Positions 38,506 to 49,100 of a stretch of DNA of 64,000 nucleotides are shown here, one piece after another. Position numbers and translations under genes: made by a program. The stretch's first letter is position 1; every line of letters starts with the position of its first letter. The notes beneath the pieces were generated by a model that was given only the letters and a program-made list of their open reading frames with translations, did not search any database and had not been told where the DNA came from. The stretch comes from a virus (Duplodnaviria; Caudoviricetes), in IMG/VR virus record IMGVR_UViG_3300006852_000005, positions 1-64,000 of that record; one strand, 5' to 3'.

Positions 38506-39171
38506 TTAGCTCAGGACGACAGCACCACACGTTGCCGTCGGTGGTGTCGCGGTTGTGACGTTGAACAGGAAGTGTTCGTCTGAGGCGACGGTGTTCGATC
38601 CTAGCCACGTGGCGGCACCAACGCGCGAGAGCCAGAAGGGGCTCGCAGCCTTGGTCTCACTGGTGTTCTGGAACTGGAATACGTCGTTCTGGAAGGCGAA
38701 GTCACCGATCTTCGTGTTGCCCACGTTCGGGAAGGCCCAGTAGATGTAGCGCTGGACACCCGACGGGTCACAGGCACCTGTGCCGGCGACCGGCTGCCAG
38801 ACCTCGAGTGAGTACCGGCTGGTCAGCTGACCCTCACCGAAGGCCACACCCGTACCGGTCGTCGAGCCGGTGGTCAGCAGACGCTCACCGGAGACGATGA
38901 CGATCGCGTCCGGGTCGAGGACGCACCAGTTGATCTCGAGATCGACGCGGGTCAGCTCCGACGGGTCCTTCTGGTAAACACAAAGAGCGCCGTTGGCCTT
39001 GCGCTGCTGATGCTCCTCGCCGTCGAGGTACTGCGGGCTTGGGTTGATGCTGACGAAGCCGTCGGTGTTGACGACCGCTGACGATGCGCCGGTGACCGGG
39101 ACGCCGCAGGTGTCCAGCTTGATCAGCCGGGCCACACGAGCCTGGATCGGCGCCAGACAAAGAGCTGCCAT
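38506..39171 (-). CDS. Major tail protein
   Basis: KLDTCG.P, KANGALC, LEVW, Y..FP. Confidence 0.8.
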   Translation of the reverse strand: MAALCLAPIQARVARLIKLDTCGVPVTGASSAVVNTDGFVSINPSPQYLDGEEHQQRKANGALCVYQKDPSELTRVDLEINWCVLDPDAIVIVSGERLLTTGSTTGTGVAFGEGQLTSRYSLEVWQPVAGTGACDPSGVQRYIYWAFPNVGNTKIGDFAFQNDVFQFQNTSETKAASPFWLSRVGAATWLGSNTVASDEHFLFNVTTATPPTATCGAVVLS

Positions 39172-39185
39172 GACCTAACACTCTC

Positions 39186-40121
39186 CTACGACGATGAACC
39201 CGATGAACCTGCGACCTCGCCACCCATGGATACCAAGACGGCGTAGTGGCAGCAATCCCAGCCGATGACATATGTACGTTCTGCGATCGCCTTCACCGTG
39301 TTCTCGCTGCGATCGATCGAGTCACGGATTGGAATGATCCGCGCGCGGCTTCGGTAGATGAACATGTTTCCTGTGGCGTACATCCACTGACCGACAGCTG
39401 GGCTGGGATCCAGCGGCGCGCTAGGTGGTGTACCCGGGTAACCGGCACCTAAGACGACAGTGTTACCCATCGTAGTGGTGATCATCTTGTTGCCAACCGG
39501 CGTGATCAGATTCCATGCCATCAACGTCGAGGCCAGCGCCACCGGAACGTGGATGACGCCTAGTCCGCCATAACACGAAGCCAACATCGCTTCAAGTCGA
39601 CCTAGACCCTCGACGACGTCGTACATCGCGGTACCCGAGACCGAGACGGCCGCGGTCTGCAGCGTGATGTTTTCCTCATCCACGAAGGCGGTGTTCGCCG
39701 CCAGGTGTGGGAAGACAACGTTCTGCCCACCGGATTGACCGGTCCAAAGCGCACGCTCGACCTGCTCTTGCTCCGTGCGAAGCAGTCCGTCACCTACGAC
39801 GTCTTCGGCTCGATCCCAGAAGCCTGGCGCCGAACAGTCGATCTCTGCGAAGACCGTGAACGCCGTCGCACCACGCTTAATGAGATCAAGACCCGTGTCA
39901 GCCTTCGGCGGGCTCGGCGGCACCGGTTGCCCGATGCCGCTACCCGTCACCACGATGCAGTCATCGAACGTCGTGTTGGCGTCGCCGCAGAGTGACTCGT
40001 ACGTGACACCCATCTGCCAGTGCGGATCGTTTGGCGTCCGTACGACGTCATTAAGTGACGTGAGTAGGCCGTATGGCCGGGGTGTGAACGCCGGTGCCGC
40101 TACGTACTGTCGCCTGTCCAC
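39186..40121 (-). CDS. Second capsid protein (pentamer-type)
   Basis: PYGLL, HWQMGV, EQEQVERALW, N...AIAER.Y; directly after the MCP. Confidence 0.7.
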   Translation of the reverse strand: MDRRQYVAAPAFTPRPYGLLTSLNDVVRTPNDPHWQMGVTYESLCGDANTTFDDCIVVTGSGIGQPVPPSPPKADTGLDLIKRGATAFTVFAEIDCSAPGFWDRAEDVVGDGLLRTEQEQVERALWTGQSGGQNVVFPHLAANTAFVDEENITLQTAAVSVSGTAMYDVVEGLGRLEAMLASCYGGLGVIHVPVALASTLMAWNLITPVGNKMITTTMGNTVVLGAGYPGTPPSAPLDPSPAVGQWMYATGNMFIYRSRARIIPIRDSIDRSENTVKAIAERTYVIGWDCCHYAVLVSMGGEVAGSSGSSS

Positions 40122-40171
40122 CGGCGTTCACCTCCTTCTGTCTCGTCATCCCCCGAGTAACCATTCATCGG

Positions 40172-41884
40172 TTACGCGACGTGGCAGTCCGTGATGTTGG
40201 CCGAGCCGGTACGACCCGCGAGGCAGACCGGGATCCGGTACTGACGCGACTCGTAGCCAACCTTCGCGATCAGGTGGCACTCCTCGGTCCAGGCCGCGGT
40301 GAAATCGTTCTCGGCGTTGAGCACCGAGTCGCGAACCACACCGAGGTCGAGGCTGAGGCCGTTGCCCTTGATGAAGGTACCGGCGGCGAAGATGAGGAAG
40401 TCCACCGTGTCCGGCCAGGCCGTCAGGATCGAGCTTCCGCCCGGCTGACCGGCGGTGCGAACCTGCCAGTCCTGCACGTACTGAATGCGAACCCGGCGAA
40501 CCTTGAAGAGCGCCGCGATGTCCGCGTCCGTGACGGCCTGGTAGTCGACGCCGGTCCGACGGCTGAGGTCCGACCGGATCGCATCCTTGATCCAGACCGG
40601 AAGCAGCACCTCGAGGACGTCGTCGTCGCACATGCCGTAGCGGATGCGGTAGTCGTTGGCCGCCAGCGAGATGTAGTCCGGCAGGTCGGCCGAGATGGCC
40701 TGGCCCGAACCGGATGCGATCACGTTGACCGCGCTGGACAGTGTCACCATCTGCGAGATGAATCGAGCGTTCATCGCGTGGAAGTGCGCCGACATCAGCA
40801 GGCTCAGGTAGTTCCTGGTCGCCTCGGGCCACGCCGAGTCCGTCAGGTTACCGGCCGTCAGGCAGATGCCGTAGCACTCGAGCCGCGTCTCGGTGTGAGT
40901 CGCACAGGGAACCCGGACACACGGCTTGTTGACGGAGCCCGTGACGGTCAGGATGTCGTCAGCCTCGGTCCACAGCCATGGATTCGTGGTGTTGTTGAAC
41001 GTACCAGTGAAGACGTCCGCCAGGCTCGGCGAGACTGGAATCTTGACACCGCCACGCTTGATGCCGACCGTCGGGAGGTCGACGGCGCCGTCTTGGCAGG
41101 AGATGTTGAAGAAGTTGTACTTGATCTCCGACGGAGCACACCAACCACCACCGGCGACGATGGCATCCAGCGCATCCGGTGTCCGGATGCTGGCGACGAG
41201 CTCCTCGAACTCGCGAACCGAGGTGCGGTCACCGTCGATCGTCTCGTCGTACTGGTTCTGGATCTTGGCCACCTGAAGCAAGCTCGGTGTGCCGTGGGTC
41301 GTGGTCATGCCCTGCGCGCTGGCCTGGATCGCGTCCACCAGCTCGTCGACGTTGGCGAAGCGATAGCCAGACGGCCGTCCCAGCGTCGAGTTGACCGCCG
41401 TGACCGCTAGGCCACGCGTCGACTCGTCGGGAACCGCCGGCGCCGCAGCCTGCGCCGCGGCCAAGCTCGGACGAGCCTTGGTGGTCGCGCCACCCTGGCT
41501 TGCCATCGCCGGAGCCGGGACCTGCGCCACGGCCGGTGCAGCCTCAGGAGTCGCGGCCGGAGCCGGAGCTTCGACCTCGTCTTCCTTGTTCTCATCCTCG
41601 TCGGTCTCGACCGAGATCTTCAGAGCTGCGCTCACGCGTTCCTTAGCCGCGGCAGCCGCGGCGTTGCGATCGGCGGCAGCCGCTACGACCGAGCCAAGCT
41701 GGGCGCGAACGGCTTCGACACCGTCGGCCAGCGCGTTGAGCCGGACGATACCGGCGTCGGTGATGTTCTCGTCGGCAGCGAGCGCGTCGAACTCGGCCAG
41801 AGCCTGCGTCTCGAGCGCGGTCAGCTCACCATGCGAAAGACCCGTCAGGTCTTCGGGGAGGGCAAAGGCCTCGTCCATGTCCAC
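40172..41884 (-). CDS. Major capsid protein with N-terminal scaffold domain
   Basis: Acidic helical N-terminus; IVAGGGWCAPSE, DLP...RGG, LDLGVVRDSVLN..ND. Confidence 0.9.
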   Translation of the reverse strand: MDMDEAFALPEDLTGLSHGELTALETQALAEFDALAADENITDAGIVRLNALADGVEAVRAQLGSVVAAAADRNAAAAAAKERVSAALKISVETDEDENKEDEVEAPAPAATPEAAPAVAQVPAPAMASQGGATTKARPSLAAAQAAAPAVPDESTRGLAVTAVNSTLGRPSGYRFANVDELVDAIQASAQGMTTTHGTPSLLQVAKIQNQYDETIDGDRTSVREFEELVASIRTPDALDAIVAGGGWCAPSEIKYNFFNISCQDGAVDLPTVGIKRGGVKIPVSPSLADVFTGTFNNTTNPWLWTEADDILTVTGSVNKPCVRVPCATHTETRLECYGICLTAGNLTDSAWPEATRNYLSLLMSAHFHAMNARFISQMVTLSSAVNVIASGSGQAISADLPDYISLAANDYRIRYGMCDDDVLEVLLPVWIKDAIRSDLSRRTGVDYQAVTDADIAALFKVRRVRIQYVQDWQVRTAGQPGGSSILTAWPDTVDFLIFAAGTFIKGNGLSLDLGVVRDSVLNAENDFTAAWTEECHLIAKVGYESRQYRIPVCLAGRTGSANITDCHVA

Positions 41885-41986
41885 GGTTAACCTCTCGTAA
41901 GTACGTGAACGTAAATGACGCGGCCCGTCTTGAAGTACTGTATCTTGTCGTCGTCACATTGTGCAACAACGTGACATTATGAGATG

Positions 41987-42841
41987 CTACGAACCCTCAA
42001 AGTCTGTGAACTTACGCCACAGATCTTCATCGTCGATGGTCTCTAGGTTTTTGTACACAACTGCCTTCTTAGCCTTGCTAAGTGATTTCCACTCATCACG
42101 AGTCATGCCGTGAAGAAAGAACTCGTCTGCTTCGTTCGCAAATTCCGAATCGGTCAGTTGGTTGAGGTAGTTAGCTTCCTCATCCGTGACGTACCCACGG
42201 TTCTCGGCGATGTCATCAAGCTCGCGCTCACGTGCGCGCTGCGGACCCTCGATCTTGCGACGTAGTTCGTTGTGTCGCGCGTTTTCCGCGTCGGTGAGGT
42301 AGCTGTTGTCGAGCTTGTTCTCAAGACGCTTGAACTCAGCGATATCAGAATCAGATGCATCTTTAGCAAGTGATTGAAGTCCCTTAAGCTCGTCGTGTTC
42401 TGCACTTGAGAGACCTTCATCACTCTCAAACTGACGCTCAAGCTGATGCTGACGAGCTACGTTATCTGCATGAGTCGGACCCTCATCTTCTGTGTCATAA
42501 GATGGCGACGGCGAACCATGAAGCTTCTTACGTAACGCGTTGTGACGCTCAGCTTCCTTACCACGAAGGTGACCTGTCTTACCCAGCTTGCTCTCAAGTT
42601 TGTCGTACTCTTCCTGCTCGGACGGCGAGAACCTGCTGACGGCCTTCTTGATGAGCTTACCGAGGCCACTACCCGGCTTGTCAGTCCAGCGTCCGTGGTC
42701 ATCACGTGGCTGTCGCTCATTAAAGTCGAACGCAGTCGTATCAAGACGGGCACGCAACGAGGCCACGATCGACGCCGGATCGCGCTGAATAGTCTTAGCA
42801 ATGCGAAGAGCTAACGCACGGCGCTGGTCTAATGTGGTCAA
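41987..42841 (-). CDS. Head-associated protein; protease-derived N-terminus plus helical repeats
   Basis: RRALALRIAKTIQRDPAS, QPRDDHGRW, repeated E..RHN.LR.K. Confidence 0.75.
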   Translation of the reverse strand: MTTLDQRRALALRIAKTIQRDPASIVASLRARLDTTAFDFNERQPRDDHGRWTDKPGSGLGKLIKKAVSRFSPSEQEEYDKLESKLGKTGHLRGKEAERHNALRKKLHGSPSPSYDTEDEGPTHADNVARQHQLERQFESDEGLSSAEHDELKGLQSLAKDASDSDIAEFKRLENKLDNSYLTDAENARHNELRRKIEGPQRARERELDDIAENRGYVTDEEANYLNQLTDSEFANEADEFFLHGMTRDEWKSLSKAKKAVVYKNLETIDDEDLWRKFTDFEGS

Positions 42842-42869
42842 CGTCGCGTCCCCGTCTCGAGTGTATTGG

Positions 42870-43025
42870 TTACCGGCTGGCGGAGGCGGTCACAGGCTCT
42901 TGAGCCTGCTGCACTTCTTGCGTGTGGTTGGCGTCATACGCCCGCTGACTCGCCAGCGGGTCACCCTGTGGCAGGTTAGCCGAGGTGACAGCTTCCTTAA
43001 CCTTGTTCCGGCAAGGGCAGCCCAT
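42870..43025 (-). CDS. Small MGCxC protein (51 aa; not in the ORF track)
   Basis: GAAGGAG RBS; MGCPCRNKVKE...EPVTASASR*. Confidence 0.7.
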   Translation of the reverse strand: MGCPCRNKVKEAVTSANLPQGDPLASQRAYDANHTQEVQQAQEPVTASASR

Positions 43026-43040
43026 AGCAGATCTCCTTCG

Positions 43041-45839
43041 TTAGTTACCCTGACTTGGGTGCTTACGATCATGGTCGGCGAGCAGCGCACGCAACTTCTT
43101 CAGCGCCGCGACCTCACCGGCGTACTTGTCCACGTCAGGCGCGGACGCAGCCTTGCTAACGGCGCGTCGCAACTCACCGATCTCCAGTCCGGTCAGGCCA
43201 TCTAGGTTCTCGAGGTTGGACGTCTTCATAAGATCGACGCCGCCACTTGAACCTCGGTGTAGTCGGTTACCGACCTCACCCGGCTTAGGTCGAGCCTTTG
43301 GCGGGTTAGTGTTCGGTGTCTCAGGATCGTAGTTCCACTTCTCGTACTTCTCCTTGAGAGCACGTAGGCTTTTCTCTTCACCTGGGTACCGAGGATCGAG
43401 CTGATCGGGCTGCAGGAAGTGGTTCACGCGATCGATCAACTCATTACGATCTGAGCCATCCAGCTTCATGAAGTCTTCGCGTGTCGTAATCTCCTGTCCA
43501 GCCTTGAACAGGTGAACGTTGCCACCCTCGTCGCGTGGTAACTGCTTGCTACCCGGACCCGACGTAGGCGATGACTTCTTATAGCCCTCAACGTCACTTA
43601 GGCGTCCACCCATCTTAGATGACCATGGCTTCGACTTATCACCACCATCAAGCACGCTTAGGATGTCATCGTCACTGAGATTCTTCCACTCAGCACGGTT
43701 ACTCCGAGCGCGCTTGAGGCCATCACGAATCTGGTCAGGAGAGCTCTTACCCGGGCTTAGACCCTGATCGGTGAACCACTGATTGAGGTGAGCCTTCTGC
43801 TCGAGGGAAAGAACCTTGCCAACAGCGCCACCGCCAGGGCCATCAGTCCACTGACCGTCGCCATCACGTGGCTGACGCTTCCAGTGATCGTCGTTGAACG
43901 CCATCATACCCGACGCACCACCGACCCACTTCCGCGGGATGAGTCGCGTCTGACCCAACGCCGCGGCGCGCTTCATGATGTGCGCACGGACGGCAGCGCG
44001 CTTACTCGGGTTGGCGCGGCCGTAGGCGTGGATCGCGTCGCGCAAGCTGGCGACGTCCGGGATCGGAAATGAGCCATCAGGCAACGCGTCACCCGAAGCG
44101 GCTAGCGCCTCACGCTCAGCCTCCGAGAACTGACGAAAGGCCATGCGCGCCTTGATCGCCGCAAGCTTAGATGCCGGATCACGTTGGATCGACTTGGCCA
44201 GACGAAGCGCCAGCGCGCGACGCTCATCAATGCTGGTGAACTCGGGTACGCCGTTCTCGTCGTGTACGAAGCGAACCGGCACCGCGGCAGCCACCAACTG
44301 TCCGTTCTCAACTCGCACCGAGGACGCGACACGTGCCATCGGGAAGCCTGGCACGGGAACGAGTAGTGCGGCGGTCAGTTCACGCCAGCCGGGCCGATCC
44401 TGCTGTGCACGCCAGTCACCCGATAGCTTGCAAGCCATCGCGCGCTGGATCATCGCAGGTGTGACGTCGGGTAACACGGCGCCGGCGATCCAGACGCCGT
44501 GCTTGTTCTCGCCGACGCAAGCCGTGGCGAACAGCGAGCACGAGTTGTCGTAGTGCTCCTGCGCCTGACCGGCTGTGATAGGTCGCTGAGTCGTCGCGTG
44601 GTCACAGTTCATGGTGATTGGGCCAGTTACTACACGGCCACCGTCAGAGACGATCGTCTCACCCGACATGAACCGCGAGTAGTCGACCTTACCCATCGGC
44701 GCGTAGACAGTCCGGTCGTGGAACGACCTGTGATGCACCTTGGCAGGTGCCAGGTAGCCGTATAGGCGACCGGAGTCTGTGATGGTCAGTGCGCCATACG
44801 GCGTCACGTCGGTCGGCTCATCGAACCACGCACGTGGCGGCGTGTCGGTGAACTCCATGACGTGGCCCGCGGCAACCAGCGCGTCCTCACGATCTTCAAG
44901 CTCGTCAGACGTGATTGGCTGCGCCATCACCTCGCGCATCGCCTCGAGGATCGGCATGTGAAACTCGACCAGCGCACCGGCCACGACGTCATCGTTCTTG
45001 ATCAGGCTGAGACGCGCCTCGGTGAACGCCGGAAACTCGACCATCGTCGTACCACGCACGCGACCCGCATTGTAGATCGTCAGCTGTGGCTTCTTAAACA
45101 TGCTGTTGATATCGACTGGTGCGCCAGGCTGCGCCGGTGTTTGTCCCGCTGTCGGCTGATCGTAGACGAACTCGACGTTGGCGTCCTTGACCGAGTCGAC
45201 GTCGACGCTGTTGCCGGACATCACGCCGGCCTTCATGCGACGTGCGACCTCCGCACCATCTGGGTTACCCAGGTCGATGAAGCCACGACCGCGGATGATC
45301 GCAACATCGGGACGTCCACCTGGGTCGGGCTCGCGCCAGACCTGTGTGACGCTGCCGACGCGAACTGACTCGTCGCCCTGGCCACCGTGGCTGGTCACAC
45401 GCTGCCACATGAGAGGCATGCCGTCGGCCGGCGTAAGGTCCCATGAGAGTGAGCCGATCTTGAACATCCGACCGTCGCCGGACTCGATGCCCTCGACAGT
45501 TAGGACGCCGTCCCACGGCGCGGTCTCGGTCTGCGCCTCCATGGTCACGGGCTCAGTGGCCTGGTAACCATCCATCTTGTCATCGGCCATACAGCTGCCA
45601 TCAGGCATCTTGTGATGACCCGGAGGGCAGTTTGACGGCGCGCTAGCCGCAGGAATCGTGTGCATCGGCTGCGCTGGCGCCGTAAAACCGCCACCGGCGG
45701 TGAGGTCTTCCTCACTCGCATAGAGCGCGCGCAGTTGACGAATGGCCTTCACACGTGAGTCGTGTCGTCCGGCAACCGAGTCATCGGCGTCCTTGACGAC
45801 CACGAAGTGGCCGTTGCGCTGCTCGATGTGCCACGGCAT
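43041..45839 (-). CDS. Capsid maturation protease polyprotein with DUF6582-like and cargo modules
   Basis: EGIESGDGR.F, PLMWQ, PAF.EAR, SGDWR, LPDGSFPI..AYGRA. Confidence 0.8.
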   Translation of the reverse strand: MPWHIEQRNGHFVVVKDADDSVAGRHDSRVKAIRQLRALYASEEDLTAGGGFTAPAQPMHTIPAASAPSNCPPGHHKMPDGSCMADDKMDGYQATEPVTMEAQTETAPWDGVLTVEGIESGDGRMFKIGSLSWDLTPADGMPLMWQRVTSHGGQGDESVRVGSVTQVWREPDPGGRPDVAIIRGRGFIDLGNPDGAEVARRMKAGVMSGNSVDVDSVKDANVEFVYDQPTAGQTPAQPGAPVDINSMFKKPQLTIYNAGRVRGTTMVEFPAFTEARLSLIKNDDVVAGALVEFHMPILEAMREVMAQPITSDELEDREDALVAAGHVMEFTDTPPRAWFDEPTDVTPYGALTITDSGRLYGYLAPAKVHHRSFHDRTVYAPMGKVDYSRFMSGETIVSDGGRVVTGPITMNCDHATTQRPITAGQAQEHYDNSCSLFATACVGENKHGVWIAGAVLPDVTPAMIQRAMACKLSGDWRAQQDRPGWRELTAALLVPVPGFPMARVASSVRVENGQLVAAAVPVRFVHDENGVPEFTSIDERRALALRLAKSIQRDPASKLAAIKARMAFRQFSEAEREALAASGDALPDGSFPIPDVASLRDAIHAYGRANPSKRAAVRAHIMKRAAALGQTRLIPRKWVGGASGMMAFNDDHWKRQPRDGDGQWTDGPGGGAVGKVLSLEQKAHLNQWFTDQGLSPGKSSPDQIRDGLKRARSNRAEWKNLSDDDILSVLDGGDKSKPWSSKMGGRLSDVEGYKKSSPTSGPGSKQLPRDEGGNVHLFKAGQEITTREDFMKLDGSDRNELIDRVNHFLQPDQLDPRYPGEEKSLRALKEKYEKWNYDPETPNTNPPKARPKPGEVGNRLHRGSSGGVDLMKTSNLENLDGLTGLEIGELRRAVSKAASAPDVDKYAGEVAALKKLRALLADHDRKHPSQGN

Positions 45840-45936
45840 GACCGCTACCTCCGAAGACGAACTTGGGTAGGTTGCGGCCCGCTAACCTCGATGATACGGT
45901 ATCACAACGTGCAGTGGTGTGCCACAGTTGTGTAAT

Positions 45937-46149
45937 CTACGCCTTAACTGTCTTCACGTAACCGTTCGACCAGCCATCGGCGAAGATGTCCAAGATCTCA
46001 GCATCAGGCGGTGGAGTCTCATAGGCACGCTTGAGTGAGTCAAAGATCTTCGTGGCCGACGGGTTGCTACCCTTAACGCTGTCACCATCCAGCGCCAGGG
46101 TGCCCAACACCTTACCTGACGAGACCGAGACTAGGTTCACGGTCATCAC
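45937..46149 (-). CDS. Small hypothetical protein
   Basis: AGGAGGTG RBS; ends GWSNGYV. Confidence 0.65.
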   Translation of the reverse strand: MMTVNLVSVSSGKVLGTLALDGDSVKGSNPSATKIFDSLKRAYETPPPDAEILDIFADGWSNGYVKTVKA

Positions 46150-46170
46150 ACACCTCCTGATGTCATTATA

Positions 46171-49100
46171 TCATGAGGCTTGCTGGGCCAAGGTCATGTC
46201 CATCTGCTCTTCGATGATGTCCAGCACACGGCGACTGATGCCGATCCAGCGTGGCTTGCGCATTTCATTGAACCGAGTCTCCATCGCATCCAGCGCCGAG
46301 CGCGCCTTATCGATGTCAGACCGGCGGAACATCTCATCGTATGGCACAAACGATGGCACGAACGGCGACTCGATCTGATCCATCCAACCCTTGATCAGCT
46401 TGTCATCAGGGATCTGCGTCGAGTCCGCCGGCTTTGCGGTCGACCACCCGAGACCGTGATCAATGCCTACCGGATCACCGTTCTTATCGATCATCCAGTT
46501 GTACTCGTGACGATCACCGTTCAATGTCATAAGATCGAGTAGTCCAAGCAGTCGACCTTTTCGACTCTTAAGAATCTTGTCGCGCTCGGGATCGGTGTTG
46601 TACTCGTAGTCATCACGGCCTTCGATGTCAAAGTGATCACCAGCCGGCGTGCCGTCAACGAGCTCCATGTGCACCGTTGTTTGGTTCACACGTTCGGCCG
46701 CAGGCACCGGTGCGCCGATCCGGATACCCAGTTCGGCGACGAGGTCCTCAGCGTCTGTGATCTCTTTCCCGGTGCTGGACCCCCAGCTCTTACTTTCCTT
46801 ACGAATGTACGAGCCATCTTTTGTGGTGACCTTACTGACGATCCCCACCTGACCACTCGAGATGTCGTCGATACTGACCTCGGTACCACTCGTAAGTTTC
46901 GTCAGTCGATCAAGTGACGATGCAAGTTCAGGTGATGATGTGGTGTCAGGTGGTGACGACACCTTCACACGCTTAGGTGCACCCTTGGCGACCGGTGCCG
47001 TAGCCTCAGGCACGGACAGTCGCTGCCACCTGACGTCCGCGCCGCCACCGTTGTCACCCGACAACCTAAGCCAGCTGAGGAGATACTCCTTCGAGTCGAA
47101 CGTCGAGTGTGCGTCATCCCCGTATTCGTTGTATGCGGAGATCGTACCGTCGCCGTTCGACACGAGATCATGTCGGCTACCGTGTGTGTCGACGCCGGAC
47201 AGGACGGTCGTACCATCCTTCGTGTTGCGCGCGTTCCAGACGTGATCGGCCAACTCCATGATGTGAAGGTTACCTGGGTTGGTGTCACGCCATCGACCGT
47301 GAGCGTCTCGTGGCTGATTGGGGTCAAAGTCAAAAGGGACGACATCACCGACCGCCGCCTCGGTCGGACGACCTGGGTGGCGACCCATGGTCGTTCCCGT
47401 GGCGAGCTGGTGGTAGTACTGACACAGGCCACCGGCGCGAACTCCGACGTACTTACGCATGTGCTTGATGCAGCGTGTGCCATCGCCCTCGGTGTTCCAC
47501 CGGATCTTAGCCGCACCAGGACCGTAGACCCAGTAGTCACGAAGCTGATGACCAGCCGAGCCAGGTGACTTGACACCACGCTCCTTAGCCCAGGCGATGT
47601 ACTCGTTTAGCCAGCCTTGGACGTCCGGATGATCAAGATCGAAAACCGACTCAAATTCGACCGTATAGCTACCAACGGCCGGCGTGCGTTCGGGCGCCTG
47701 GGGAGGTTCAGAGGTCTCAAGTTCAGACCTATCTGTACCAGTTTGTCCAGCTCCAAGGGGGAAGTCATAGTTCTCGCCTGCGAAGGCCACGCGGATGCGA
47801 TCAAATGTGATCGGACCGACCTGATCCACCAACGGAGTAAGATCGGTAGCGGTCTCGGTCAACGTGATGTGCGGGATCCACGTCTTGAATGAGTGTGCCG
47901 ACTGATCGATGACGTCGTGCACCTGCTCACAGATGAACTCGTATGACTCCGTCAGCTCATCACCCTGCACGAGCAGCACCGTGCACTCTTCACGATCCGG
48001 CTGAGCGTCACCTGGGTTAAAGAGTGCGAGCCCAAAACCTTCGGCGTCGATGACATCCAGCGCCGATGCGGCAGCCTCGATCCGACTAAGGATCTGCTCC
48101 TCGTTTTCCTCGGTGATGTCCGCGGCCTCGCCTAAGTACTTGATCGTACAGTGAAGCTCGCCGGCTGGAAGACCACCATGCACAGCGAGACGACCCGCGT
48201 CATCCTCAGACGGGACCAATGCGATCATCGCACCGGTATGTACTACAGCTGCAGCTGTAAGATCTTCAACGTTATTCATTACTTCTAACTCGATCACCGG
48301 AGTATCAGAGTTAGGCAGCTTACTGATGCCCAAGACACGCATGCGCTGATCCCGACCAAGAACTACCTCTTGCGCCTTGATGTAGTGATCATTAGCCTCG
48401 GGATCGTCAGTGTTCGTGGGGAACTTTACCGCGTGCGTCCCCGCTGGTACTGAAATCTTAAAGACCACAGCACCTGGTTTCGTCGCGTAGATCTGGGTCG
48501 CGACGTCACCATTGGCGCTTGTTGACGTGTATGCCTTGTCAGATAAGACGTCGCCAACCTTGAGATTCTTATATTGATCTTGTACACCTTCAAGACCACG
48601 CCACACGGTAATCGGTTTAGTGACCGTTCCGCGTGCGACGACATCGTCCAGTGCCGCAACCTGCGTCTCAGCGATCTGAGCATCTGACACGCGATCAAGT
48701 GCCGGTGGTCCGTTGCGTAGACGATCGTTTAACGCCTTGAAATTCATGCGATCTGGGTTGTAGCCGTTACCCGTGTAGGCGTTAAGTTCCTTGATATCGG
48801 TCGGTTCGAGTGGATGCGTGATCGCATCCAGCGCATCGGTACCGGTTAGACCTTCAGTCTTGGATAGAGCAGCCTCGTCGTGACCTACGATCTCCGGAGT
48901 GACGTCATCGATCGTGCTAGGCACGTCAGCCTCAGTCAACTGTGGACGAGCGTTCTGATGCGTCTCAGGAACGTTACCGATGAACGTACCGGCGCGTGGC
49001 TCGACTTCAGGTGTCTGCCAGTCACCCGTCTTGACCTTGTCGTAGGCCTGCTTCTTGGTGAGAGGCTTACCCTTTCCCCACGAGTCACCCTTACGCTTCT

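Noticed and set aside
40094-41410. 438 aa plus-strand ORF and many similar overlapping ORFs
   Set aside because: Antisense or alternate-frame ORFs caused by high-GC codon bias over well-supported genes
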